IMG/VR virus record: IMGVR_UViG_3300020049_008034
Coordinates: 1 to 64,000 of that record
Strand: one strand, 5' to 3'
Origin: a virus
Taxonomy: Duplodnaviria; Caudoviricetes
DNA: 64,000 bases
Below are positions 33,200 through 42,930 of this stretch, piece by piece. Each line of letters starts with the position of its first letter. The stretch's first letter is position 1. The notes under the pieces are model-generated. The model was given only the letters and a program-made list of their open reading frames with translations. It was not told the DNA's origin and did not search any database. Made by a program: the position numbers and the translations under genes.

Positions 33200-36100
33200 T
33201 TATTTCTTAAGAAATTGCGGTTCTTTTATCTCTCCAGTCTGGATTGCTTTGACCGTAACGGCGTCTAGTCGCAAATCCTTAAGTGCTTCATCTATTTTCT
33301 TTTTGTCGACTCCTGGGAACTCGATAGCTGCCATATATATTTCATGGAAATCCATGACAAACTTAGAGTAGTCCTTCATTTCTCTTTCTTTTACTTTAGC
33401 AAGGTGTTCTTTACGGTCCTTTTCGGGTAAGGCTTTGACCTGCTCTTTATTTTTCTCCACCCCGTAATCTGCCTTTGAATCATTTATTTTATCGGCCATA
33501 TTCCGACCCAGAAATCCAAACGACCGATGAATGTCCACGTTATAAGATCTAAATCCAGGGAATATCGCAATACCCTCTTGTATTGGGTTTAATTTTCCGT
33601 AATAATCGGTTTCTGGTTCATTAAAAGACCTAAATACTCTCTCGAACGACTTCAGTGTGCCGGGAGTGAGCTTCTTCCCTACATGCTCCATCCGGGCTTT
33701 TAGCCAGTCTGTTTCACCGACTTGAGAAATTGGTCGCCCTGTTTTACCTAACTGCTGGCCATAGGTGGCTTCCAGCAACGATTTCATTAAAGGGTCGATA
33801 GTGTAAAATGGCTCAAAGAATTTCTCTGCTGCCCGACCCGCGTTTTCAGCAGGAGAGAAGCGCTCATCAGAAACCGTTGAAAGAGTAGATAAAATGTGCC
33901 CTTGAGGGAACATATAACCCCAGTCATAATAGTCAACAGAGCCTTTCTTTTCGTTCCATGGTGATGGGATTAAAAGAGATCCTTCATGGTAAAAAGGAAC
34001 GAAATATTTTAGTTTTTCATCGTCATCGTCAGCCCAGCCGAGCATATTTGTAATTAGCTCTTTTAAGAGAAATGGAGCAATGGACACAGCCATTGTGCCA
34101 GCCATCACCTTACCTAGCATCAAGTTCTTATAAGACATGTCCACCCCGGCTACCTTTACTTTCGTATCTTGGCCCATCTTCATATCCTGGACTAAATTAG
34201 CCATGATATTATAAGACACTCTAACCATCTCGTAAGGGAAGGATGGGAACGGAGCTACAAAAGGGTTGCGGCGGAGAGCCTTGATGTTCCTTGGGAGCCG
34301 AGAATAGGTTGGGTTTTCGCTTGAAACGCGCTCAGCGGCCAATTGTTTGACTTCTTGTTGCACATCTGGGCTTAAGGTGTCGTATTCAGCACCCTTGTAA
34401 AGCCGAGCCATCTTGTCTAGGTTCCGATAGTAGTCGATAGCCCGATAAAACTCATCGCCGAATTGGTAGATGTGAGACATAAACTGAGTTACCATTCGCC
34501 CCTTTTCGGCCAGCTTGCCTTGGGTGGTATTGTCGACTCCTGCGAACTTTCTAGCATACTGTTTTCTAACGTCAGCGATTTCTCCGAAAGTAATCCCATC
34601 TCCCAAAACCCCGAGTGAATACATTTCAACCAATTCGGCCTCATTATTGCCCTTAAATAAATCAAATGCCTTTTTTATATTAGGGTCGGCTACATTAAAC
34701 AAACCTTTTTGGGCTTGTAGTAATAAGTTTGAAGTAAAGTTTCTTGCGGCAGACGCAATAGAAAAAATAGTCATGAATGACTTTGCCCGAGACGTTATTC
34801 CGAGCATTGATTTGTAAACCAAGCCCATAACATCTCCTTCCTCGGTCATGTCGCCGATAGGTTTATTGTAAAGTCTAAAAGCCTCTACGATCTCAGGAGT
34901 AGAATAATATCCAGCCAATGGCCCCATTTGGGGAGTGTCAGGGAATTGTGTGGTGTAAGCCCCGGTTGGGCGTTCAAACAAAAACTTATCCCGCCCTTCG
35001 TCTTCGACCTTAGATAAGAACTTATTATTCTCTAAAATATGTGCTGTTTTAAAAATAGAAGTCATGTAGTTTACAATGGGGTCTTTGACCTCGCCAAAAA
35101 CATCACGGATTTCTTCGGCGATTTCTTTTCGCTTTTTAAATACCCCTAAATTCATAGAGCCCAACGACCCGCTCTTGGCTACGTCACCCAAAGAAAGTCC
35201 CTTGGCTTGTTTTTCCAAAATTGCATCAAGCTCAGCTTCTACGTCTCTACCGATACGTTTTTTCTGATTTTCAATTCTTTTCCCCCAATATTCAGGGTTA
35301 TTAGGAAGTTTTGCTTGGTATTTTGCAATTTTAGCCTGAGCGTCAACTTCTTCTTGGGCGAACTTTTTATCAAGAAAAGCCTTGGCCCGAGTGTAAACAG
35401 CGGTGTCCTTCACGTTCTTAACCCAGTTCTTATTGAAGTGAATCTGATAAGAACGGGTCAGGTAAGTATCAAGGTTTTTGGAGATAATCGCGGCGAGGTT
35501 TCCGTCAGCAATTCCTGTGTTAATTAACTCAGAAGACATTGAGGTTACGTGTTCGCGCATCTTACCAATTAGATCCAAAACTTCAGGCTCAATTGGCCGA
35601 CCATCGGAATAAGTAGTGGCAGTTGACTGTAAGGCGTAGTTTAAATCCTCAATCTGCTGAGGTGTTTTGCCTTTAATCAGCTTTTTGAGTTTATTAGCCG
35701 TCAGCTCAGATTGCTTCATCATCCCCTCGATCCGAGCTATTCTACGATAGTTGAGTTGAGCAACATCTAATGGAAGATCACCACGACCAAAGAAGGTGTA
35801 CTTCCATGCTTTTTTTAACCAACTCATTGCCCCTGATTTCGCTATTACTCCCCATACTTTGTCAGTGATGAAGCCCGGCTGAGCAGCAAAACTATTTACT
35901 TCTTCGATCAGAGGGAGAATGTTGGGTTTTGGACGATTTGGATTATTCGGGTTTGCTTCGGCAGGTTGTTGAGATGTCGCACTTATATCTGGTGTTGCGT
36001 ACTTCGCTCTAACTTCCTTTTGTCTCCTATCAAATTCAGCAAAATCCTCTTCAGTTACCTCGTCTTTACCTAACGCAGCAGCAACACGTCCTTCGGGGTC

Positions 36101-39100
36101 TACTCCTGAAACTCTACTTAAAAACGGAAGATCTTCTTCTGATACTCCTCTAGCTTTTAATTCGTCATAAACCTTTTGCTGATCTGCATAATTATCTCCG
36201 CCTTCTTCGTTTTCCATCCGGGCTTCAGCTCCAGCGGATGCCTCCTCCATGTCGGTTAGCGTGTCGGCCAGAGATAGGGTATCGGCGTTTTTCGTCCAGT
36301 CTTGATTACCCAAGCTAACCTCTTGAGGTTTTTCGGCGGAGGCACTCTCATCTGCCTGAATTTCAATCACATTCTCATATGGATCAGCAGCAACCTCCTC
36401 CAATGATCTTGAGTTGACAAACCCGACGGACGTCGGAGAGGTTATAGCTCTAGGTACTGGAGATGTTGGATATTTTTTCTCCAAACTAGATAAACTTGCG
36501 CTAGAATCTGTATCCGGCAAATTCACGGCTGTTTCAGCATAACCAGTGTCGGTTGATCTTTTATCTGAAAATTCAACTCTGGTGGGGATGGACTTTACGC
36601 CCAACTTCTTTGCCGCAGCTACTCTATGGTTCCCTTCGGTAATGACGGCTTTCTTGTCTTTAAATACAGTTAGTACAATTGGCTCTTTAATACCGCCGTC
36701 TTTAGTGATCTGATCCGCTAATTCGTCTACGTTTCCAGATGTTTTAGGGTCGACAGCCCTGTCTACTTCCACAAATTGAGATATGTCGTCAACCGGAACA
36801 TATTCAGGCTTACTGGATGGTCTCGTTATTTCTTTGTCTGCCAATATGGTTTCCGCGATACTCTTGCTGGCCGCAACAGATTCTTCGTATGTTCTTGGCG
36901 TAATCTCTTGAGGAGTTTCGGTCGGCAAGCTTCCATCTTGATTAACGGGTTCTTGCGCAGTCGCTTCTACTATTATTTCGGCGGGTAAATTTTCACCAGT
37001 TACAACATATTGATTAATAGGCTCTTGCGCAGATGTTTCTTGAGGGACTTCGGCGGATTCAGCAACAACTTCATCTGAAATCTCCTTCTCATTCTCCTTA
37101 AAAATCTCCACCTCCTTCGCCTCGGCTTGTTCTTTAAAAACCTTAGCCTGAGCGTCAGCACCAATGGCTTTGGCTTTTTCAGCTTTGTCTTTTAGATCGG
37201 TGAGCTCGTCGAGTTTTGGAATGTCTTCTTCCTTGACCTCTTTTATCTCGCTTAGCCCTTTAATTTTTAGGGCTTTGTTGTACATTTTTTCAACGTCAAC
37301 TTTTTTGCCATTAGCCACCTCGGCCTGCAAGGCTTTTTTGAACTCTTCAGGATTTTCAGCAGCCACCAGCCAAGCTGAATTCTTAAAATCACTCTCTCCT
37401 GCCCCCATTAACGCCCCAACAGCAAATGAAATTAACGCTGTCCCTTTCATCTCATTTAGATCGATGTCTTCAGCGTCGCCATTTAAAACCATGGCAGTAG
37501 CTCCTTCGATTGCTTTTTCAAGAATTGTTTCTTCAAACATCTCGCCTGACCCTTGTTTGAAAAAATTGGTAGCAGTTCTAGCGGCAGCGGCCTTTGGCGT
37601 AAGACCTTTTACGGCTTGGGTCATCGTGATGTTATCAAACACTCCCGGTCCTCCGGCGAGTCTTGCTTCAACTCCAAAAAGATTAGACCCCACCCCAATT
37701 GCTAGGCCGGTCATGGTAGCGTACTGAGCTGCCTTTCTCTTATCGCCATCAAACATCTTAAGACCTTGATCATATAAACCTCCAGCCATTTGACCCATCG
37801 TTGAAGCAGTGACCCCTGTGGCATAGGCAGCTTTCGCCCCCATACCTGTCTTAACTAAACTCCCACCTATGCCTTTTGTGGTGGCAATTTGCACCATGGC
37901 ATCGGCTAAAACCTCTCCGGTTTGATAAAACAAACCTTTGCCGTTGTATTGGTTTTTAGCTTCTAGTCCTTTAAATTGATTAGGATCGGCGTCAATAACA
38001 GAACCTTTACTATCTCTGACGACCGTGGGTTTGCCGTCTTGGAAATCTACTTCGACTTTTTCTCCGTTTAGAGTCGTCTTCGCGGTTTTAGTATAAAGGG
38101 GGCGAGTGTATTTAGTGGGCCGTGGAGCAACTTTGGCGGTTTGATCTTGGAAGTCGATAAAGAAATCTTCGATCTTATCCCAAGTCCCGTAGGTTTTATC
38201 TTCGGTTACAAGATTTTCTCCAATATTCATTACCTCTCCGATAGACCCAACCAGCTTGCCGGTTGCTCTTTGTAGGATTCCCAAAGTCAGATTACCCCAG
38301 CCTTCTGTTTCTGATTTCTTCTGCCTGTCAGCGTCGTATTTTTCTAATGCCCGAGCGTAGGCGTACTTGTCGTCTTTTAAGATCTGAGCGCCTGACTTCT
38401 GATTAGCCTCAAGTGCAGTGATAAACTTGTTTCGGTCGTTAATAAATTCGTCTTTCTCAAACTCCTCTTGGCGCTTGATGATCTCGTTCTTGTCGTACTT
38501 GTAATTTGGGTCTTCTAGGGCTTGTTGACGAGCGTAATATTCTTCCATCCAATTATCCCCCCACTTTTCTTTAATACGCGCCTCAGCAGCTTCTACAGCT
38601 CTCTGGAGATTCCCTGAGTCAGACTGAAGAGTATTCAACCGGGCTTCATATTCTTTTTCTGGAGCTATAATTGATCCTTGGACTTGTTGTTTAGTATAGT
38701 CGTCAAGATCAGCAGCTTTTTCAAAGTTAGGTCTTTGGCGGGCTTTTTGCAAAGCAAGTTCTTGTTCTGCTCGTTTAGATCCAGCAATAGCTTCCGGCGT
38801 CAGTGGTCCGGATGAACCAGTAAGTGATGTCCTTGTGGAAGGAGAAGCAAGTTTAGGTGTGCCAGAATCCCATGAATAGCTTGCGCCAGAACCCGATATT
38901 TGGCTGTTTGACTGCGCTTTTTTTTTACTTAAATCCTCGAACTTGGCATGAAAGCGAGTCAAGAATTCATCCGGATTGAGGTCCGAATAAGAGTCTTTAC
39001 GCAGCATCTCCATCGTTTTGAGATACTGCCCATTGTCGATATATTTTGCTTGAATTTCTGCGTCGGTTAACTTTGGATTATAGTTGCGTGCGAATCCAAA

Positions 39101-39118
39101 AATTGGATGTTCTTCCAT
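33200..39118 (-). CDS. Giant internal virion / ejection-type protein (1972 aa) with ParB-like domain
   Basis: Size and position after two small pilot-like genes; ParB/Srx-like segment LADQITKDGGIKEPIVL...ITEGNHRVAAAKKLG near 36570-36740. Confidence 0.65.
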   Translation of the reverse strand: MEEHPIFGFARNYNPKLTDAEIQAKYIDNGQYLKTMEMLRKDSYSDLNPDEFLTRFHAKFEDLSKKKAQSNSQISGSGASYSWDSGTPKLASPSTRTSLTGSSGPLTPEAIAGSKRAEQELALQKARQRPNFEKAADLDDYTKQQVQGSIIAPEKEYEARLNTLQSDSGNLQRAVEAAEARIKEKWGDNWMEEYYARQQALEDPNYKYDKNEIIKRQEEFEKDEFINDRNKFITALEANQKSGAQILKDDKYAYARALEKYDADRQKKSETEGWGNLTLGILQRATGKLVGSIGEVMNIGENLVTEDKTYGTWDKIEDFFIDFQDQTAKVAPRPTKYTRPLYTKTAKTTLNGEKVEVDFQDGKPTVVRDSKGSVIDADPNQFKGLEAKNQYNGKGLFYQTGEVLADAMVQIATTKGIGGSLVKTGMGAKAAYATGVTASTMGQMAGGLYDQGLKMFDGDKRKAAQYATMTGLAIGVGSNLFGVEARLAGGPGVFDNITMTQAVKGLTPKAAAARTATNFFKQGSGEMFEETILEKAIEGATAMVLNGDAEDIDLNEMKGTALISFAVGALMGAGESDFKNSAWLVAAENPEEFKKALQAEVANGKKVDVEKMYNKALKIKGLSEIKEVKEEDIPKLDELTDLKDKAEKAKAIGADAQAKVFKEQAEAKEVEIFKENEKEISDEVVAESAEVPQETSAQEPINQYVVTGENLPAEIIVEATAQEPVNQDGSLPTETPQEITPRTYEESVAASKSIAETILADKEITRPSSKPEYVPVDDISQFVEVDRAVDPKTSGNVDELADQITKDGGIKEPIVLTVFKDKKAVITEGNHRVAAAKKLGVKSIPTRVEFSDKRSTDTGYAETAVNLPDTDSSASLSSLEKKYPTSPVPRAITSPTSVGFVNSRSLEEVAADPYENVIEIQADESASAEKPQEVSLGNQDWTKNADTLSLADTLTDMEEASAGAEARMENEEGGDNYADQQKVYDELKARGVSEEDLPFLSRVSGVDPEGRVAAALGKDEVTEEDFAEFDRRQKEVRAKYATPDISATSQQPAEANPNNPNRPKPNILPLIEEVNSFAAQPGFITDKVWGVIAKSGAMSWLKKAWKYTFFGRGDLPLDVAQLNYRRIARIEGMMKQSELTANKLKKLIKGKTPQQIEDLNYALQSTATTYSDGRPIEPEVLDLIGKMREHVTSMSSELINTGIADGNLAAIISKNLDTYLTRSYQIHFNKNWVKNVKDTAVYTRAKAFLDKKFAQEEVDAQAKIAKYQAKLPNNPEYWGKRIENQKKRIGRDVEAELDAILEKQAKGLSLGDVAKSGSLGSMNLGVFKKRKEIAEEIRDVFGEVKDPIVNYMTSIFKTAHILENNKFLSKVEDEGRDKFLFERPTGAYTTQFPDTPQMGPLAGYYSTPEIVEAFRLYNKPIGDMTEEGDVMGLVYKSMLGITSRAKSFMTIFSIASAARNFTSNLLLQAQKGLFNVADPNIKKAFDLFKGNNEAELVEMYSLGVLGDGITFGEIADVRKQYARKFAGVDNTTQGKLAEKGRMVTQFMSHIYQFGDEFYRAIDYYRNLDKMARLYKGAEYDTLSPDVQQEVKQLAAERVSSENPTYSRLPRNIKALRRNPFVAPFPSFPYEMVRVSYNIMANLVQDMKMGQDTKVKVAGVDMSYKNLMLGKVMAGTMAVSIAPFLLKELITNMLGWADDDDEKLKYFVPFYHEGSLLIPSPWNEKKGSVDYYDWGYMFPQGHILSTLSTVSDERFSPAENAGRAAEKFFEPFYTIDPLMKSLLEATYGQQLGKTGRPISQVGETDWLKARMEHVGKKLTPGTLKSFERVFRSFNEPETDYYGKLNPIQEGIAIFPGFRSYNVDIHRSFGFLGRNMADKINDSKADYGVEKNKEQVKALPEKDRKEHLAKVKEREMKDYSKFVMDFHEIYMAAIEFPGVDKKKIDEALKDLRLDAVTVKAIQTGEIKEPQFLKK

Positions 39119-39120
39119 GG

Positions 39121-40803
39121 TTAAATTTTAGGGGCTCCAGCCCAGCCACTTTTTTGAGTAGGGTTGAAATAGTTTTCGATTTCGGCTTTCTGCATTGACT
39201 TACCGACAGCTTCAAACGGCTCTTTGGTTTGCTTGATGGTCTGGCCGTGAATTCTTTTTAAGATTTGCTCGTTTTCAGGAGTGATAGGGACTTTTAAGAC
39301 AGTTCCGAATTTTGACTCGTTGCGGTAGTAGTCAACCAAGTTAGAGTAAGCTTTCCCCTCGGAGGAGTTATCCCCACCCTTTTTAATCTCGGTGTACATT
39401 TTCTCCCGAGCATTCTCCATTTCGGCCTGATTCCGGAAAACGATCTGAAGCACTTTGACTTTTTTGTCCGGCTTGCCCATAGTGTATTGGTCGTAAGCCC
39501 GTTTACCTTTTTCGTTTATGTTGTAGTCCTCGGAAACAAACGCTGAGGCAACTTGAGACTTATCAACTCCCAATCCCTGAACCAGCCAGTTTGCCGCTTC
39601 GGTAGATGTTGCCTTATCCTTAGATGTTAGGTTTATCCGCCACTTATCATAGTTAGCCCGGGCTTCGGAATCTGAAAGATTCCCTGACCCCGCCCGGCTT
39701 AATCCGTATTCTGATTTAGTTGCAATATTGTCTTTAATTTGTTTTGACATCGCAACAATTGCTTTTTTCTTTCTCTCTTCTAACGGAAGGTTAGGATCAA
39801 CACCCAAGGCTTCCATGTACTGAGGTTCATTGAGAGCCCATGCGTTTTTAGCAAAATAAGAAGTTGCTTGTTGTGTTGGGTATGCTGAGTTCTTAAGGAA
39901 GCTCTTAGAAGATGATATAGTGACTTGTGAGCGATCTTCAACCGACGACTCGCTAGTTGATAGCTCTGCCTTGTTTGCGATTGCTAGTGCGTCCGCAGCG
40001 ATGTCTAGTGGAGGCTTTTTGTATCGGCTTTTTAATTGGTCGTTGGCGTATGCTAACCAACCTTGCCCATTGAACCCGGGAGTGTTTTGAGCTTCTGAAA
40101 TGTAAGCGTTCTGAGTTTCCTGATCCAGAGAAGAAAACATTTGCTTGGCAGCTACTACATTCTTCCCCGCTTCCGGTGTCGAGAAATAAGATACAGAATA
40201 ATTGTTAAAATCACGATCTGTTAGTACGTTGTCTCCGGCTGCTTTCTCCAAATTGCCCAACCCATTCACCATATAATCTTGATGGATGGTGGAAGGATTT
40301 TTGAATTCAGCTTGCGGGAAGTCAAATTTTCCGGTGGCGATTACATCAACCGGGTTGTTGGCGGCGAAATTTCTTACCTTTTCTTTGTACTCGTCAGTAT
40401 ACTCATCCCCACGGGAGTTGATATCCCCCATGGCTTTATCCCATAATGCTTTAGCTTGTTTGATATTCTCGTTGGCTGCCTTGATCCTAGACCCTTCGAT
40501 CTGCCACTGAATTGCTTCATCGTCGTATCTCTTAAATGGGTTGCCTTTGGGCATCATCTCAGCGCCTTTGTTGACCCAGTTTTCCCATGTCTTTTGCTGC
40601 GCCCCGGAATAAAAGTGCCAAACTTCTTCGGGTTTAACATCCATCATGCCTTTCGACAGATCGGCAGCATCCTTGGCTTTGTCATTGGCTTTTTTAGCCG
40701 CATACCCTTCGTAAGACGCCAAAGCGCGGCTAGGGCCAAGAACTGTTGCCAGTTGATTGCCCTGTTGCCCGGTATAAACTTGTCCTAAATTTGATCCAAT
40801 CAT
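39121..40803 (-). CDS. Putative internal virion / ejection protein
   Basis: Helical, Ala/Lys-rich; podovirus gene order. Confidence 0.6.
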   Translation of the reverse strand: MIGSNLGQVYTGQQGNQLATVLGPSRALASYEGYAAKKANDKAKDAADLSKGMMDVKPEEVWHFYSGAQQKTWENWVNKGAEMMPKGNPFKRYDDEAIQWQIEGSRIKAANENIKQAKALWDKAMGDINSRGDEYTDEYKEKVRNFAANNPVDVIATGKFDFPQAEFKNPSTIHQDYMVNGLGNLEKAAGDNVLTDRDFNNYSVSYFSTPEAGKNVVAAKQMFSSLDQETQNAYISEAQNTPGFNGQGWLAYANDQLKSRYKKPPLDIAADALAIANKAELSTSESSVEDRSQVTISSSKSFLKNSAYPTQQATSYFAKNAWALNEPQYMEALGVDPNLPLEERKKKAIVAMSKQIKDNIATKSEYGLSRAGSGNLSDSEARANYDKWRINLTSKDKATSTEAANWLVQGLGVDKSQVASAFVSEDYNINEKGKRAYDQYTMGKPDKKVKVLQIVFRNQAEMENAREKMYTEIKKGGDNSSEGKAYSNLVDYYRNESKFGTVLKVPITPENEQILKRIHGQTIKQTKEPFEAVGKSMQKAEIENYFNPTQKSGWAGAPKI

Positions 40804-41390
40804 ATTAGTGAAAACTTCAATACTTCCATGAGTTTGGACATATCAAGTGGTTTTTGACCACCTGTCTGCCCTCCGTACATCTTTTTAATCATATCCATCT
40901 GTGCATACATGTCGCCAGCTCCGAAAAGATTCTCAAGCCCACCTCCAACCAGGTTTTTGGATTGTTGAGATTTATCGGCATACGGAGCAAATTGATTCAT
41001 CTGGAACTGAAGGTCTTGAGCTTGTTGCAGTTTCCCAAGCTCCCCTTGAAGAGAAGCGTAATCTTGCTGTTGAGACTGTTGGTTATACATCTCAAGATCC
41101 CGCATGGTTTTCTGTTGAGCGCCAGCCAGTGATTGAATAGACTCTTGGGGGTTGCCTTGCTGTTGGGATGCTGCCAATTGGTTACTCAAGGTAAGATCAG
41201 CTTGCATTTTAGCCTGTCCATATCCCGGAGCATTAGGATCAGCTACGTTGACACGCGCCAGCGCCAAAGACTCTCGGAGAGCTGGCGGGATTGGGTAGTC
41301 TGGTCGATCTCCTTTGGATAATAATCCGCCTATCATTTGTGCGCCGCCAAGAATTCCTTGGCCTAACGCCAACATTGTCATTGGGTCCAT
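40800..41390 (-). CDS. Putative ejection / pilot protein
   Basis: MDPMTMLALGQGILGGAQMIGG Gly-rich hydrophobic N-terminus, Gln-rich body. Confidence 0.65.
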   Translation of the reverse strand: MDPMTMLALGQGILGGAQMIGGLLSKGDRPDYPIPPALRESLALARVNVADPNAPGYGQAKMQADLTLSNQLAASQQQGNPQESIQSLAGAQQKTMRDLEMYNQQSQQQDYASLQGELGKLQQAQDLQFQMNQFAPYADKSQQSKNLVGGGLENLFGAGDMYAQMDMIKKMYGGQTGGQKPLDMSKLMEVLKFSLI

Positions 41391-42568
41391 GATGTAAAAT
41401 TAGATTGTGGGTTACTGAATTCAGCTTCACGAGTCATTACTCCGACTAACGTTGGCAGTTCGTCGTGATTTTTAGTCTCTACCCTAGAGACATGGTTTAT
41501 TAATGCGAACTTTTTTATGTTCTGAGCGGCCAATAAATCACGGTCATTGATTGATCCGCAAGAATTACATGTCCACTCTCGATCAGAAAGTTTAAGTTCT
41601 TTATTTACGACACCGCAATGACACATTTTAGATGATGGCTCAAACCGACCAATACGAAGAATATTAACTCCGTACCATTCGGCTTTATAGGTCAAAAACT
41701 CATTAAATTTACCCCATGATACATCTTGTATCGCCTGGGCTAGTTTATGGTTTTTCATCATCCCGCCTACATTCAAAGTTTCCAAAGCGATAGCTTGGTT
41801 CTCGTCTATCAGCTTTTTAGTTACTTTATGTAGAAAGTCATTGCGTTTGTTGGCTACTTTTTCATGTAGTAAAGCTAGTTTTCGTTTCGTTCGCTTGCCT
41901 TTATATTTTGAGTATTTGCGTTGGGTGTACTTTAGTTTAGATAATGCCTTTTTTAGGCATCTTGGGTTTTCGATCACCCGACCATCAGAAAGTGTAGCAA
42001 ATGTTTTTATTCCTAGATCGACGCCAATTGTGTTTTCTTCAGTTGCAACTGGTTTTACGGGAGTATTTTCGGTAGTTTCGAATAAAACTGAAATAAAATA
42101 TTTCCCAGTTGGGGTTTTCGAAACTACACCCGATTTTACTTTTCCTTCAAATTTACGGTGGATTGCAGCCTTTATTCCTTCTCTAAATTTGGGAATCTCA
42201 ATAAAATCATTCCCAACCCTAAGCAAAGAAGTAACGGTAAACGATTTTCTACTTGTCTTTTTGTTTTTAAACCTAGGGAAATTGGATTTGCCATTAAAGA
42301 AGTTAGTATATGCTGAGTCCATTTTGCTAACGGAAGCTTGTAGCGATTGCGAACTAACCTCTTTTAGCCATTCGCAGTGAGACTTTAAGTCTGGAAGTTG
42401 ATTTATTAAATCAAATCTAGATAAGTTAACCCTAACTGATGACCACGCAGCCTGCTTTGTCTCCAAGGCTAAGTTATAAACAAATCTACACGCGCTAATA
42501 TGCTTGTCAAGCAATTCAGTCTGAAGTTCAGTTGGGTAAATTCGATATTTTATAGCCTTTATGACCAT
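41378..42568 (-). CDS. tnpB: TnpB RNA-guided endonuclease (IS200/IS605 family, no tnpA)
   Basis: KAIKYRIYPT N-terminus; RuvC D (GVDLG), E (ALETL), D (NDRD..AAQNI); Zn finger CHCG..CNSC; start moved to MVIKA. Confidence 0.95.
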   Translation of the reverse strand: MVIKAIKYRIYPTELQTELLDKHISACRFVYNLALETKQAAWSSVRVNLSRFDLINQLPDLKSHCEWLKEVSSQSLQASVSKMDSAYTNFFNGKSNFPRFKNKKTSRKSFTVTSLLRVGNDFIEIPKFREGIKAAIHRKFEGKVKSGVVSKTPTGKYFISVLFETTENTPVKPVATEENTIGVDLGIKTFATLSDGRVIENPRCLKKALSKLKYTQRKYSKYKGKRTKRKLALLHEKVANKRNDFLHKVTKKLIDENQAIALETLNVGGMMKNHKLAQAIQDVSWGKFNEFLTYKAEWYGVNILRIGRFEPSSKMCHCGVVNKELKLSDREWTCNSCGSINDRDLLAAQNIKKFALINHVSRVETKNHDELPTLVGVMTREAEFSNPQSNFTSWTQ

Positions 42569-42630
42569 ACCATAAAGATACAAAAAATAATTTAAATAAA
42601 CAAACCTTTTGTTTAAATATAGCATTCTAG

Positions 42631-42930
42631 TTATTTTTCTGATTTACGCAAGTATCCATCCAGTCTTGACATAATATCTTTCGACATGTCAACATAGGTC
42701 TCGATTTTAGCCATCGAGACTCGGATGGCATTCACGGCTTCGCGCGTGTTTTCGTTGTCTTTCTCCACTTCTTTGATCTTTTCATCAATTGAAATAAATC
42801 GCTTTTCCGTGGAAGTTTGATGTTCTTCCATCACAGTAAGTCTTTTATTGATAGAGCTCACATAACCAGCGAGGACTATCAATGTTGGTATTGCGACAGC
42901 CGCAATACTAATTAGATTTTCTAACTGCAT
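42631..42930 (-). CDS. Holin-like protein (TM plus coiled coil)
   Basis: Single N-terminal TM helix followed by coiled coil. Confidence 0.5.
   Translation of the reverse strand: MQLENLISIAAVAIPTLIVLAGYVSSINKRLTVMEEHQTSTEKRFISIDEKIKEVEKDNENTREAVNAIRVSMAKIETYVDMSKDIMSRLDGYLRKSEK

Noticed and set aside
33200-39118. crAss-type virion RNA polymerase
   Set aside because: No DxDxD-type catalytic motif or double-psi barrel signature seen.
41378-42625. Complete IS200/IS605 element, or nuclease-dead TldR
   Set aside because: No tnpA or end hairpins visible, and all three RuvC acidic residues are intact.
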